The notes: a model not told the origin generated them from the letters alone. A stretch of DNA of 64,000 bases from an uncultured Desulfobacteraceae bacterium (GCA_964655655.1 CAZZPR010000002.1:3927-67926), one strand, 5' to 3'; positions 1 to 10,220 are shown, counted from the stretch's first letter. Translations and numbers: made by a program.

Positions 1-216
1 TTGAACGGGGCGGTCAAGGGAAAGGCGGAATTGGAGGGGAAAACAAAGAAAGATACCGGCGGCCATGTAATTTATCTTTCGCCCGGTGTTCATTTCAAAT
101 TTCACAAGGGAATGCATTTTGACGTGTGCGTGCCCACCCCGATTTATCAAGACCTGAATGGCACCCAGCTGATCGAGGACTACCGTATTGTCACCAAATT
201 AGTGATGAAATTTTAA
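1..216 (+). CDS. C-terminal fragment of a putative outer-membrane beta-barrel/transporter (5' end outside window)
   Basis: TGGHVIYLSPGV...PIYQDLNGTQL pattern, amphipathic last strand ending in Phe. Confidence 0.55.
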   Translation: MNGAVKGKAELEGKTKKDTGGHVIYLSPGVHFKFHKGMHFDVCVPTPIYQDLNGTQLIEDYRIVTKLVMKF

Positions 217-260
217 CCCAGATTGTGCAGCAGCCAACTACTGCGGCCTGATGAATCCTT
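215..260. repeat. Truncated left end of MITE family A
   Basis: AACCCAGATTGTGCAGCAGCCAACTACTGCGGCCTGA matches 32934-32970 at 35/37 nt; overlaps the TAA stop of the upstream CDS. Confidence 0.8.
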
Positions 261-442
261 GGGGAATCTTATTTGTTGTTCGTGAAGATATTATTTTATT
301 TTGCCCTTTCCCATAATTTTCCAAGGTTTTACCTTGCAAGGCCTGAAACAATATAATAGGTTTTAATGAATAATAAATAAGACAAAGACGCAATTTTTGC
401 ACCCATATAATCATACGGCTTAGATAAAAGGACCCGGGGAAC

Positions 443-1855
443 ATGGCTAATTTAAACAATGGGGGTTTACATGCACTTTTTAACCCCACATCCATTGCAC
501 TTGCCGGGATTACAGTAGATAATCCTCAGCATTGGACCAGAACCTTTCTGGATTCTCTTCTGGAATTTCAATTTGAAGGCCCCCTGTATTTAGTGAATCC
601 AAAGGGAGGGGAGATCAAGGGCATAAAGGTCTATCGAAGTTTTGAAGATATACCGGGAGAGGTGGATTATGTAATCAGCACCGTGCCGGCCAGGGCAGCT
701 CCGGGGCTTATTGAGGAATGTGCCCGAAAAGGAGCCAAGGCGGTTCATTTTTGCACTGCCGGCTTTAGTGAGACGGGTGAAGAAGAGGGCTTTAGGCTGG
801 AGAGTCAATTAGTTGATCTTTCCCGGAGAACCGGAATCAGGGTTATAGGCCCAAACTGCATGGGCATTTACTCTCCGGGATCGCGCATGTCTTTCTGGGT
901 AGATTTTCCCAAGGAAAGGGGGCCGGTAGGATTTATCAGCCAGAGTGGAGGCAATGCTCACGGCCTGATAAAACGCGTAATGTCGCGGGGCATTAGATTC
1001 AGCAAAGTCATAAGCTACGGCAACGCGTGCGATCTAAACGAAAGCGACTTCTTGGAATATCTCGCATCTGACCCGGAAACCGAGATAATAGGTTTATATA
1101 TCGAGGGGGTAAAGGACGGGGGAAGGCTGCGCCGAGCCCTGGAAAAGGCGGCAAAGGAAAAGACCGTAATATTGCTCAAAGGAGGAACCACTGAAGGCGG
1201 AGCCAGAGCAGCCGCCAGCCACACGGGATCCATGGCCGGGAGTGAAGAGATTTGGAATTCACTATGCAAGCACCTTGGTATAATACAGGTATATTCCATG
1301 GAGGAACTCGCCGATACATTGGTCACAGCAAGGTTTATGCCTTTACCAAGGGGAAGAAGGGTGGCATTGATGGGCGCAGGCGGCGGATCCAGTGTTCTGA
1401 TAACGGATGAATTCGAAAAGAGGGGCATAAAGGTTCCACCGCTTCCCGGCAAAATAATGGAAAAGATACGCAAATTTACCCCACTTGCAGGAAATATTTT
1501 GCGTAACCCCATAGACTATTCACAAACCATGATGGAATCCGAGAAACTTCTTAAAACCGCTGACATTGTTTCCCGATGGGAAGGGATCGATTTTATGATC
1601 TGGTTTCTGGACCCCAGCTGGGTTCCATTAAGTGCAATGGATCTCATGTATGAAATAATTGACGGGCTGACGGAAGAAAACAGATCGGTTTTGAAGCCAG
1701 TGGCTGTTGTAATTGAAAAGTTTACCTTTTTGGAACAGGGAAAAAAGATTAATTTGTTTACCGAAAAATGCGTTTCCTCTGAGCTTCCTGTTTATTATTC
1801 TTTTGCCGGTGCCGCCAACGCCATCAATCTGGTATTAAGTCATCATAAGATATGA
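443..1855 (+). CDS. Acyl-CoA synthetase (NDP-forming) alpha-subunit-like CoA-binding protein
   Basis: VNPKG, IGPNCMG, SQSGG, SYGNACD, and phospho-His motif ASHTGSMAG; no ATP-grasp domain. Confidence 0.88.
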   Translation: MANLNNGGLHALFNPTSIALAGITVDNPQHWTRTFLDSLLEFQFEGPLYLVNPKGGEIKGIKVYRSFEDIPGEVDYVISTVPARAAPGLIEECARKGAKAVHFCTAGFSETGEEEGFRLESQLVDLSRRTGIRVIGPNCMGIYSPGSRMSFWVDFPKERGPVGFISQSGGNAHGLIKRVMSRGIRFSKVISYGNACDLNESDFLEYLASDPETEIIGLYIEGVKDGGRLRRALEKAAKEKTVILLKGGTTEGGARAAASHTGSMAGSEEIWNSLCKHLGIIQVYSMEELADTLVTARFMPLPRGRRVALMGAGGGSSVLITDEFEKRGIKVPPLPGKIMEKIRKFTPLAGNILRNPIDYSQTMMESEKLLKTADIVSRWEGIDFMIWFLDPSWVPLSAMDLMYEIIDGLTEENRSVLKPVAVVIEKFTFLEQGKKINLFTEKCVSSELPVYYSFAGAANAINLVLSHHKI

Positions 1856-1984
1856 TTTTCATAAGGAAAAGACCTGCCGTTTCGGTTCATACCCTGGAAT
1901 GCAGCCGGGCCTATGGGCCTAAAACATAGCCTTAACGGCCACCCGGCCGGGGCCTTTTGAGAAAAAAGGTTTTAGGGGTTTTTA

Positions 1985-2013
1985 TTGATAAAAACTAAGA
2001 TAGCGTATAAACT
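1985..2013 (+). promoter_or_regulatory. Putative sigma70 promoter upstream of the riboswitch
   Basis: TTGATA-N17-TAAACT. Confidence 0.5.
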
Positions 2014-2080
2014 GATAGGGTATGACAGTTTCAGCGAGATCATGAACAGGATCGATTTTTTTGCACTTTGCTGAAAAGAG

Positions 2081-2156
2081 AACGATAAAGGCAAACTATT
2101 CGAAAGAATAGGGCGCAAAGCCACCGGCCCGGAAAAAGGGCAGCGGGGCTGCCGAG
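2081..2156 (+). ncRNA. c-di-GMP-I (GEMM) riboswitch
   Basis: GGCAAACTATTC-GAAA-GAATAGGGCGCAAAGCCACCGG...GCAGCGGGGCTGCCGA follows the Vc2-type consensus, with GNRA loop and G20/A47/C92 equivalents. Confidence 0.92.
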
Positions 2157-2163
2157 GCTCAAA

Positions 2164-2559
2164 ATGGCCGAAAAGATAGCAGTTGAAGGGCTGATAAAGG
2201 AGATTGCGGAGCAGGTATGCGGGATGCTAAAAATCCTCGAATATGAGGTCTGTTACTGCCACGAAACCGCATACAAAAAGATGCCTGATTTTAGCCCCCG
2301 GCTATTGGAAGATCCAGCCAAGATCACGAAAAACATAATAGCATCCGGCCCTAATCTCACCATTCTATGCAATGCAAGGGGATACCTTGAGGTTATGAAA
2401 TGCTACACAGAAAGTACGGATATACCCTTGCTCGTATTAACAGGGGGCGGCCCAGACCTGGTTGAAGAAGTAAAAAGATTCACCCCCTATGTGCTGGCGG
2501 TTCCCTTTAGGATAGCGGACCTTGTTAAGAGGCTGGAAAATATCCTTGCGGAAGAGTAA
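2164..2559 (+). CDS. Stand-alone atypical receiver (CheY-like pseudo-receiver) protein
   Basis: REC-like pattern KIAVEG...PNLTILC...IPLLVLTG...VPFRIADL; phosphoacceptor Asp and conserved Lys replaced. Confidence 0.7.
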   Translation: MAEKIAVEGLIKEIAEQVCGMLKILEYEVCYCHETAYKKMPDFSPRLLEDPAKITKNIIASGPNLTILCNARGYLEVMKCYTESTDIPLLVLTGGGPDLVEEVKRFTPYVLAVPFRIADLVKRLENILAEE

Positions 2560-2658
2560 CAGTTTCGTCTTTTCCAGCTTGAGGATCCTTGCCCGAATTT
2601 TTTCATTTTACCGGGGTTTTCAAGTTTCTGAAAGGTACAACAGGACTGAAAGGAATCA

Positions 2659-4398
2659 ATGAAATCGAATTGTTCTGAAGCACTTCTGGATTATGTGCCC
2701 GCCTTCCAGAATACCTGGGAACCATTCATTTTTTATTATTACTTAAGAAATTCCAAGGTACACTCGAGTAAGCTTACCAGGGGCGAATTCTGGACCGGTG
2801 CAAAGAAGGCCGCCTGGGTTATAAGAAAATACGGTTGCCGCCGCGGAGACCGGATAATACATTGCTTCGGAGCCAATAATTTTTATGATCTCGCCTTTCG
2901 CCTGGGTGCTGCCATGACCGGTGCAATACCAGTTACCATAAATTGGCAGGCGGATAATATCCAAAGGATCCTCTACAAGATAGAGGTCACTGATTCCAGG
3001 CTGATTGTCACGGATTCCCATTTTAATCCTGATTATTTAAATTCAATAAAGATCCGGTTTCCACATCTGCCCCTATTTTTTTCGGATAATCTGGACACCG
3101 GGGAAGTCTTGCCCGAGGAAGACTTTGTCAGAGAACTGGAACCTGAATCTACAAGGATCATCGTATTTACTTCCGGTACAACCGGAAAGCCCAAGGGTGT
3201 TCAGTTGCCCTACAGGGCCTACCGCACAAACCGGTACACCTTCGAGGAATTTTTGCAGGTTGATCCGGAGGACCGGTTTGCGGTATTAGCAGTCAACCCT
3301 TTGCATCATACCAATTCCACGGCCATAACAGACTGGGCCATGCGCCGGCCCGGATCTCAAATCCATCTCATAGAAAGGTACAGCACGCAATTCTGGAAAA
3401 TTTTGAAAGAGGTTTCCAAGAGAAATTATGATCGTCTAATTATACCCACTGTATCACGGCATTTTGATTTCCTGGAATCACTTGAGCGGGAGAGGAGACT
3501 GCCCCTTGAATTTGAGGAATTAAAGCAGGCCATGAGCAATGCAGAGTTCCTTATCGGTTCCGCCCCGGTAGGCCCAACGACCATACGCAGGCTTCGGTAT
3601 TATACCGGGTGCCTGCCCCACGTAAGGTTTGGCTCAACAGAGACCTGCCTCCAGGTCATCGGAACCCCTGTGCACCTGTGTGAGGAGGCTAAGTTAAGTG
3701 CATTTAAAAGGGGGTGGGACCACCGGATAGACGGGGGGAAACTTGCAGGTTACTATATCGGCCGGCCTCACCCTCCCTTCACAGAGGCCCGCATTGTAAA
3801 AAGCCTGGTGCGGGGGAACAAGGATTTCATGAAAGACTGTGGTCCGGGCCGGGCAGGATACCTGGTTACCCGCGGAGAGAACCTGATGACCGGCTATGTC
3901 AAGGACCCGGAATCCACCAGGGATGCATTCCGGGATGGATGGTATACGGGGCTCAAGGATATTTGCTTTTATCTGCAAAACGAGGGGGACGGGGAATTGG
4001 ATTATTACTGGGTTAGCAGGGAATCTACACTATTAATCCGCGGAGGGGCCAATTATTCCTATGACCAGATAAACTCGGAGTTGATTGATTTTGTTCGCCG
4101 TTTTTACCGGTTAACCCTGGATTCCTTCGACCTTGCGGTGGTGGGCCTTAGACTGGAAAGCGAACACGAGGACTCATGCTGCGTTACAGTGGAAACCAAA
4201 GACCAAAAGGCCGAGTCAAAGAGGGGAGAAATGGAGACCACTTTCAGGAAAATGGCCCCCCAATATGTTTCAAAGGGGGCCAGGCCGGATCACGTGAGAT
4301 TTTCCGCTATACCCCGAAATTTCAAGGGAGCGGTTCAGGTTAAAAAACTGGCTGCGGATTTCGAAGACTGGCTGAAAAGTAAAGTACCGGTTGAATAA
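2659..4398 (+). CDS. AMP-forming acyl-CoA ligase (ANL adenylating family)
   Basis: FTSGTTGKPKG P-loop, FGSTE, RGENLMTGY. Confidence 0.88.
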   Translation: MKSNCSEALLDYVPAFQNTWEPFIFYYYLRNSKVHSSKLTRGEFWTGAKKAAWVIRKYGCRRGDRIIHCFGANNFYDLAFRLGAAMTGAIPVTINWQADNIQRILYKIEVTDSRLIVTDSHFNPDYLNSIKIRFPHLPLFFSDNLDTGEVLPEEDFVRELEPESTRIIVFTSGTTGKPKGVQLPYRAYRTNRYTFEEFLQVDPEDRFAVLAVNPLHHTNSTAITDWAMRRPGSQIHLIERYSTQFWKILKEVSKRNYDRLIIPTVSRHFDFLESLERERRLPLEFEELKQAMSNAEFLIGSAPVGPTTIRRLRYYTGCLPHVRFGSTETCLQVIGTPVHLCEEAKLSAFKRGWDHRIDGGKLAGYYIGRPHPPFTEARIVKSLVRGNKDFMKDCGPGRAGYLVTRGENLMTGYVKDPESTRDAFRDGWYTGLKDICFYLQNEGDGELDYYWVSRESTLLIRGGANYSYDQINSELIDFVRRFYRLTLDSFDLAVVGLRLESEHEDSCCVTVETKDQKAESKRGEMETTFRKMAPQYVSKGARPDHVRFSAIPRNFKGAVQVKKLAADFEDWLKSKVPVE

Positions 4399-4432
4399 GG
4401 GAAACGTAAAATTTGCTGCTGGTCACAATTTT

Positions 4433-5308
4433 TTAGTCGTTTTCTTCCAGATGCCTCTCACTAATATGCTGAAGCTCCCGGAGGGTAAAGTCTATATCCA
4501 TATCGCGGACTATAGGAAGGGAATCCCTTGCCTTTTCAATTTCTTCACGATTAATGGTAGCATGCAGAATCTCCTCTCCGGTTTCTGCCATTGCTGCGGA
4601 AAGACCAAATGGGGCCACCACCGTACTGCCCCCCCAGAAGCTCCAGCCGTGCTCATTGCCCACCCGATTGACAAACACAACGTACCCCCCGTAGATCAAT
4701 GCCGGGGTGCGTATGAGCATGTCCCACGCCCTTGGGTTCATTCCCTCTATATCAAGGGCGGAGTTTGCCAAAACCACGAAGATTTCTGCATCATCCAGGG
4801 CAGCCAGGCAATGCATGGATGGATACCAGAAATCATTGCACAGGAAAAGGCCAAACCTGAAGCCCTTATAAGGAAAAACATCGAGACGCCTGCCCCTGGC
4901 AAACCTCTTCTGTTCCTCCCAAAGGCTGTAATTTGGCAGGTATACCTTTCTATGGACATGGACCACTTCTCCCCCGTCCATAAGGGCGCCTGCGTTGAAG
5001 ATATGGCCTCGAGGGCTCCTTTCCACATACCCTATAATCAATGGCAAATCCCGGCTCAATTCGAGGAGCTCCTGAAAGACCAAATTATTGCGGGTGAGTG
5101 CGTACTTGGGTATTTGGTCTCCCAATGTGTACCCGCTCATGGTCAGCTCAGGGAAAATAGCTAAATCCGCACCCTCTTCAAGTGCTCTGCGATGAAATTG
5201 GCGAACCTTTTCCAGATTGGCCTCTATCTCACCCACATCCGGTGATATCTGGACAACGGCTACGTTCAATTTCGTGTTGTCCCCGGTTTTACCCATATTA
5301 TTTGACAA
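4433..5308 (-). CDS. Carbon-nitrogen hydrolase (nitrilase superfamily), NAD-synthetase glutaminase-like
   Basis: E-K-C triad: FPEL, HRKVYLP, LCNDFW; NRVG...FWGGS. Confidence 0.88.
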   Translation of the reverse strand: MSNNMGKTGDNTKLNVAVVQISPDVGEIEANLEKVRQFHRRALEEGADLAIFPELTMSGYTLGDQIPKYALTRNNLVFQELLELSRDLPLIIGYVERSPRGHIFNAGALMDGGEVVHVHRKVYLPNYSLWEEQKRFARGRRLDVFPYKGFRFGLFLCNDFWYPSMHCLAALDDAEIFVVLANSALDIEGMNPRAWDMLIRTPALIYGGYVVFVNRVGNEHGWSFWGGSTVVAPFGLSAAMAETGEEILHATINREEIEKARDSLPIVRDMDIDFTLRELQHISERHLEEND

Positions 5309-5363
5309 CGTTCAATTCCCTTCCTCAATAATTTACGAGATCTTATTGAAATATTTTAATAAT

Positions 5364-5954
5364 TTACATTTGTCCTGTTAATCCAGCTTCACTAACTATA
5401 TGCGTCCATAGTTCCTTTTTCCCCTGTCCGGTCATGGCGGAGAATGCCAGCGGTTTATCGAAACCCTTCCCGGAAAGAATGTCTGCAATCCGGTCCATCC
5501 GGCCCTTCAACTCGCCTTTTGATACCTTATCCGCCTTGGTAAGCACAATAATGCGTTTTATGTCTTTTTCCCTGAGCCAGTGTAAAAGCTCCAGGTCTCC
5601 TTGCCCCGGCCCCCGCCTTATGTCCATTATAACCACAACCGAGGTCAGGAGAGGCCTGCCGGTCAGGTAGATCTCAACAAGCCTTTTCCAGCCCTGCCTC
5701 GTTTCCCTGGAAACACTTGCATACCCGTAACCTGGAAGATCCGCAATGTATAAGGATTTATCCACTGAAAAAAAATTTATTAACCTTGTCTTTCCAGGCC
5801 TTGAACTGGTGTGTGCAAGCCCTCTGCGATTAAGCAATCTGTTTATAAGGGAGGATTTTCCAACATTGGACCTTCCGGCAAAGGCCACCTCCGGCCTGTC
5901 CGGCGGGGGAAATTGTTTAGAATCGTTGGCACTCTTTAAAAAAGCTGCTTCCAT
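5364..5954 (-). CDS. engB: Ribosome biogenesis GTPase EngB/YihA
   Basis: GRSNVGKSS, PGKT, DLPGYG, TKAD. Confidence 0.96.
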   Translation of the reverse strand: MEAAFLKSANDSKQFPPPDRPEVAFAGRSNVGKSSLINRLLNRRGLAHTSSRPGKTRLINFFSVDKSLYIADLPGYGYASVSRETRQGWKRLVEIYLTGRPLLTSVVVIMDIRRGPGQGDLELLHWLREKDIKRIIVLTKADKVSKGELKGRMDRIADILSGKGFDKPLAFSAMTGQGKKELWTHIVSEAGLTGQM

Positions 5955-7097
5955 CTACTTGGTTTTGAGGAATTCCCCTATTCTATGGAGTCCCTTGGTT
6001 ATGTTTTCTATTGAATTGGCATAGGAAAATCTGAGAAAGCCCTCGGCATTTTCTCCGAAATCGATTCCCGGGGCTACCCCTACCCCCGCCCTTTCAAGCA
6101 TTTCAAATGCAAGCTCGTAGGAGTTGGCAGATATATGCCCGGCGTTTGCCAATATATAGAAGGCTCCTACCGGATCCACATTTATTCCGAAGCCCAATTT
6201 CCTGAGACCTTTTAGCATATAAAGCCTTCTACGGTTGTACGTATTCTTCATCTTTTCGATGTCCGCCCGGGCGTCATTCAACGCCGTAATACCGGCCCAC
6301 TGGGATACACTGCTGGCAGAGATAAAAAAATTTTGCTGAAGCTTTTGCATGGGCCTTGTGAACTCAGGTGGAGAGATCACATATCCGAGCCTCCACCCGG
6401 TCATGGCATAGAGCTTGGAAAAACCGTTCATCACAAAGCACTTTTCCGTATATTCCAGAATAGTGTGCTCATCACCCTTATATACCAGGCCGTGATATAT
6501 TTCATCGGATACCACGTAAGGCCCGAGGCGGGCTATATCTCGCATCCTTTCCGCGGAAAGAATGTTCCCGGTGGGATTTGAGGGGGAATTTATGAGCACG
6601 GCCTTTGTGTTTGAGGATATTCGGCAGGCTACCTCTTTTGGAAGAAGCTGAAACCCTTCTCTTTCCCGGGTCTTAACCAAAACACATTTTCCGCCCATAT
6701 ATTTAATAATATTGGGATAGCAAGGATAGTAGGGGTCGGATAAAATTACCCCGTCCCCCCTTTTCAGCAGAACGGAGAATATCAGGAACATTGCCGGGGA
6801 TGTACCGGAGGTAACTATCACCCGGTCAGGCGTTATATGAACCCCGTATTTATTCAGGTAATAATCGCATATTGACTCTCTCAGTTCAGGCACTCCCAGG
6901 CTATGGGTATAATGGGTTTTCCCCTCCCTTGCCGCCATTACAGCTGCTTCTTTTATGCATTTAGGGGTATCAAAATCTGGTTCTCCTATCTCCAGGTGGA
7001 CTATATCACGCCCCCGCCTTTCAAGAACATTGGCCCTTTCCAGCACATCCATAACAATAAAGGAGCGAATATCTTTGGCCCTGTCGGCAACTTCCAT
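5955..7097 (-). CDS. PLP-dependent class I/II aminotransferase
   Basis: GEPDF, NSPSNPTG, SDEIY, GFSKLYAMTGWRLG. Confidence 0.93.
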   Translation of the reverse strand: MEVADRAKDIRSFIVMDVLERANVLERRGRDIVHLEIGEPDFDTPKCIKEAAVMAAREGKTHYTHSLGVPELRESICDYYLNKYGVHITPDRVIVTSGTSPAMFLIFSVLLKRGDGVILSDPYYPCYPNIIKYMGGKCVLVKTREREGFQLLPKEVACRISSNTKAVLINSPSNPTGNILSAERMRDIARLGPYVVSDEIYHGLVYKGDEHTILEYTEKCFVMNGFSKLYAMTGWRLGYVISPPEFTRPMQKLQQNFFISASSVSQWAGITALNDARADIEKMKNTYNRRRLYMLKGLRKLGFGINVDPVGAFYILANAGHISANSYELAFEMLERAGVGVAPGIDFGENAEGFLRFSYANSIENITKGLHRIGEFLKTK

Positions 7098-7128
7098 ACC
7101 TACCTCCCCTGAGATATATATTGCGCCT

Positions 7129-8001
7129 TTAGATGACCTTGTTAAGGGGATATTCGATAATTCCTTCAGCGCCCCTTTCTATTAGCCGGGGAATAACTTC
7201 CCTCACAGTGTCTTTGTCCACCATTACCTCAACCGATACCCAGTCCGACTGGAAGAGGTGTGCTATAGTCGGGGATGTAAGGCTGGGCAAGATTTCTATG
7301 ATCCCCTTTAGCTTTTTCTCCGGGGCGTTCATCTTCAGGCCCACAATATTCTCGGCCTTTAACGCCCCTTTTAACAGCAGGGAAATTTGCTCGATCTTGG
7401 CCCTTTTCCATGGGTCTGCCCATGCGGCTTTGTTCGCGATGAGTATGGTGTTTGATTTCATGAGCTCATGGATAATCCTCAACCCATGGGCCCTGATAGT
7501 GCTCCCTGTTTCAGTTACCTCGACAATTGCATCCGCCAGGCCAGATACAACCTTGGCCTCGGTGGTTCCCCATGAAAATTCCACCTTGACGTCTATCTTT
7601 CTCCGGGCAAAGTATTTTTTGGTAAAATTTACCAGTTCGGTTGCAATCTTTTTTCCCTGTAAGTCCGAAATGTCCCTTATATCGGAATCCGATGATACCG
7701 CCAGTACCCATTTCGCGGGATTCTGGCTGGCCTTGGAATATATTAGGTCATCCACTATTTCAACATCCGATTCATTTTCCTCGGTCCAATCCCTGCCGGT
7801 AAGGCCTGCGTCTATAGTCCCGTTTTCTACATGTATGGACATTTCCTGGGCCCTTATAAGGGAGCATGCCACTGTTTCATCATTTATATCCGGAAAGTAA
7901 TTACGGTCATTTGTAGATATGTTCCAGCCGGATTTCTCGAAAAGCCTTAATGTAGCTTTTTCCAGGCTTCCCTTGGGTATGCCCAGTTTAAGCTGATTCA
8001 T
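7129..8001 (-). CDS. hisG: ATP phosphoribosyltransferase (long form)
   Basis: [26 protein letters not shown]-terminal regulatory domain; start moved to ATG at 8001. Confidence 0.95.
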   Translation of the reverse strand: MNQLKLGIPKGSLEKATLRLFEKSGWNISTNDRNYFPDINDETVACSLIRAQEMSIHVENGTIDAGLTGRDWTEENESDVEIVDDLIYSKASQNPAKWVLAVSSDSDIRDISDLQGKKIATELVNFTKKYFARRKIDVKVEFSWGTTEAKVVSGLADAIVEVTETGSTIRAHGLRIIHELMKSNTILIANKAAWADPWKRAKIEQISLLLKGALKAENIVGLKMNAPEKKLKGIIEILPSLTSPTIAHLFQSDWVSVEVMVDKDTVREVIPRLIERGAEGIIEYPLNKVI

Positions 8002-8377
8002 TTTTGTAAACCCTTTCCGGGTCAAAGACCCTTTCATCTATTATGGTTTTGTTTCCGTTTTTATCCACCCTGCCGTGAAAACAGCTTTCATACCCCAAGT
8101 GGCAAGCTGCCCCGCCTATTTGTTCGACCTTGAGCAGGACCGTATCATTGTCGCAGTCCACGAATATATCCTTTACCTTTTGTATATTGCCGGAGGTAGC
8201 GCCTTTGTGCCACAGCTCATTGCGGCTTCGGCTCCAGTAATGGGCCTCACCCGTCTTAAGAGTTATTCCCCACGCCTTTTTATTCATGTATGCCAGCATC
8301 AGCACCCTGCCGGATTTAAAATCCTGGGCAATAGCCGGAATTATCCCCCCGCCCTTTTTAAAATCCAGTTCAACCAT
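7988..8377 (-). CDS. hisI: Phosphoribosyl-AMP cyclohydrolase
   Basis: [32 protein letters not shown]. Confidence 0.96.
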   Translation of the reverse strand: MVELDFKKGGGIIPAIAQDFKSGRVLMLAYMNKKAWGITLKTGEAHYWSRSRNELWHKGATSGNIQKVKDIFVDCDNDTVLLKVEQIGGAACHLGYESCFHGRVDKNGNKTIIDERVFDPERVYKNESA

Positions 8378-8511
8378 GGTCTCCTTTCTCCAGTTTTATT
8401 TAAACTTGCAGAATGATTTATACAAAAGTTATTTTTTGTTGTCTACAGTACATTTTTTCGGTAGTCTGAATAGACATTTTTTAAGGATAATATTAAAGGA
8501 AATCTGCAAAA

Positions 8512-9399
8512 ATGCAAGGGATCAGGGAAACAGACTTTCAAGAACTCGATTTGGTTAACAGGGGCAAGGTCAGGGATATATACAAGGTGGACGATAAACT
8601 GCTTGTTGTGGCCACGGACCGGATATCCGCCTTTGATGTGGTGATGGACGATCCTATACCGGATAAGGGGAGGATATTGAACAGGATATCGGTCTTCTGG
8701 TTTAAGAAGACCTCCTCCATTATCCAGAACCATTTTATAACCTCCGATCCCGAACAATATCCGCAACCATGCCGGCCTTACAGAGACAATCTTTATGAAA
8801 GGAGCATGTTGGTAAACAGGGCAAAACCACTGCCGGTGGAATGCATTGCAAGGGGTTATCTTTCCGGGTCGGGATGGGTGGAGTACAATAACACGGGAAG
8901 CATTTCCGGCATATCCCTGCCACCAGGACTAAAAGAATCATCCGAATTGCCGGAGCCTATATTCACCCCTTCCACTAAGGCGGAATTGGGGCTCCATGAC
9001 GAAAACATCTCCTTTGAACAGACAGTTGATATGGTGGGAGAGGATATCGCAGAGGAAATAAGAAGGATCAGCCTGGAGTTATATAAATACGGAAGAGATC
9101 TGGCCTGCCGCAAAGGTATTATAATCGCTGACACCAAGTTCGAGTTCGGGCTTCTGGAAAACAGGCCTGTGCTTATAGACGAGGCCCTGACCCCGGATTC
9201 CTCCAGATTTTGGCCAATGGATAAATATGAACCGGGAAGGCCCCAGAAGAGCTTCGACAAACAATTTTTAAGGGATTACCTGAACGTCCTTGCCTGGCAA
9301 AAAAAGCCGCCCCCGCCAAAACTACCCCCGGATATAATCCGAATAACCAGAGAAAAATACATAGAAGCCCTTGAGCGATTAACGGGGGAAACCCTTTAA
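8512..9399 (+). CDS. purC: SAICAR synthetase
   Basis: [37 protein letters not shown]. Confidence 0.97.
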   Translation: MQGIRETDFQELDLVNRGKVRDIYKVDDKLLVVATDRISAFDVVMDDPIPDKGRILNRISVFWFKKTSSIIQNHFITSDPEQYPQPCRPYRDNLYERSMLVNRAKPLPVECIARGYLSGSGWVEYNNTGSISGISLPPGLKESSELPEPIFTPSTKAELGLHDENISFEQTVDMVGEDIAEEIRRISLELYKYGRDLACRKGIIIADTKFEFGLLENRPVLIDEALTPDSSRFWPMDKYEPGRPQKSFDKQFLRDYLNVLAWQKKPPPPKLPPDIIRITREKYIEALERLTGETL

Positions 9400-9430
9400 T
9401 TATTGGCCTGTCTGTTATTCCCCGCCTCCC

Positions 9431-9459
9431 TTGACAATGGTACTACCGATGTTTACCAT
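9431..9459 (+). promoter_or_regulatory. Putative sigma70 promoter of grpE-dnaK
   Basis: TTGACA-N17-TACCAT. Confidence 0.55.
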
Positions 9460-9533
9460 TTTTTAGTGATTTATAAAATCTTGGCCTGTACTTCTTGATA
9501 GCAGGCAAATCAGCGCAAAAAGGGGTTGAGGAT

Positions 9534-10181
9534 ATGAGGGATAACAAAACGAATCTAAACAAGGCAATGAACGGTTACAAGGAAATGGAAAAAGGCGCGG
9601 AAAATAATGAAGAAAACGAAGAAAAACCCATGGACCAAAAGGAAGGCCACAAGGGCAAACCCAAGAAATCCGGGGAAATGACCAAACAGGAACTCGTTGA
9701 AAAGTTGCACTCCGCGGAAAAGGAGGCCCAAAAACATTATGACATGTATACGCGGGCCTATGCCGAGATGGAAAATGTCAAAAAGAGAAGCAGAAAAGAA
9801 AAAGAGGAATTTGTTAAATACGCCAATGAAAGCCTGATAAAGGAAATACTCTCGGTAATCGACAATCTTGAAAATGCGATATCACACGCCAGGGACGGGG
9901 AAAATCAGGCAGGTATCGCAGAGGGCCTGGAAATGACCCTGAGCGGCTTAATGAATATCCTGCAAAAGGCAGGCCTTGAGGAAATTGAGGCGGATGGAAA
10001 ACCCTTTGACCCCAATTACCACGAGGCAATGTCTCAACTGCAAAGCGATGAAATGCCCCCTGGCTACGTGGCAAAGGAATTGCAGAAGGGCTACACCCTG
10101 AATGGCCGCCTGTTGAGGCCGTCTAAGGTATTGGTATCCAGTGGCGGCCAGGAAGATGATAGACAAGATACTGAAAAATAA
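9534..10181 (+). CDS. grpE: Nucleotide exchange factor GrpE
   Basis: FDPNYHEAM, QKGYTLNGRLLRPSKV; start uncertain (9495 or 9534). Confidence 0.95.
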   Translation: MRDNKTNLNKAMNGYKEMEKGAENNEENEEKPMDQKEGHKGKPKKSGEMTKQELVEKLHSAEKEAQKHYDMYTRAYAEMENVKKRSRKEKEEFVKYANESLIKEILSVIDNLENAISHARDGENQAGIAEGLEMTLSGLMNILQKAGLEEIEADGKPFDPNYHEAMSQLQSDEMPPGYVAKELQKGYTLNGRLLRPSKVLVSSGGQEDDRQDTEK

Positions 10182-10220
10182 AATTCAATACGCAATAAAA
10201 ATATTTTCAAGGAGGATGCA

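Noticed and set aside
1856-1965. GC-rich GGCC-containing stretch as a structured RNA
   Set aside because: Only short, inconsistent palindromes and no recognisable family motif.
2081-2156. cGAMP-sensing (GEMM-Ib) riboswitch variant
   Set aside because: The position equivalent to nucleotide 20 is G (AAG-GC-AAAC), not the A typical of cGAMP-selective aptamers.
4391-5164. Long + strand ORF (257 aa), and similar antisense ORFs such as 7133-7900, 43490-44251, 50236-50940 and 56541-57221
   Set aside because: They lie opposite well-supported genes and show no recognisable motifs; treated as shadow ORFs.
9400-9533. CIRCE element upstream of grpE
   Set aside because: No TTAGCACTC-N9-GAGTGCTAA-like inverted repeat is visible.
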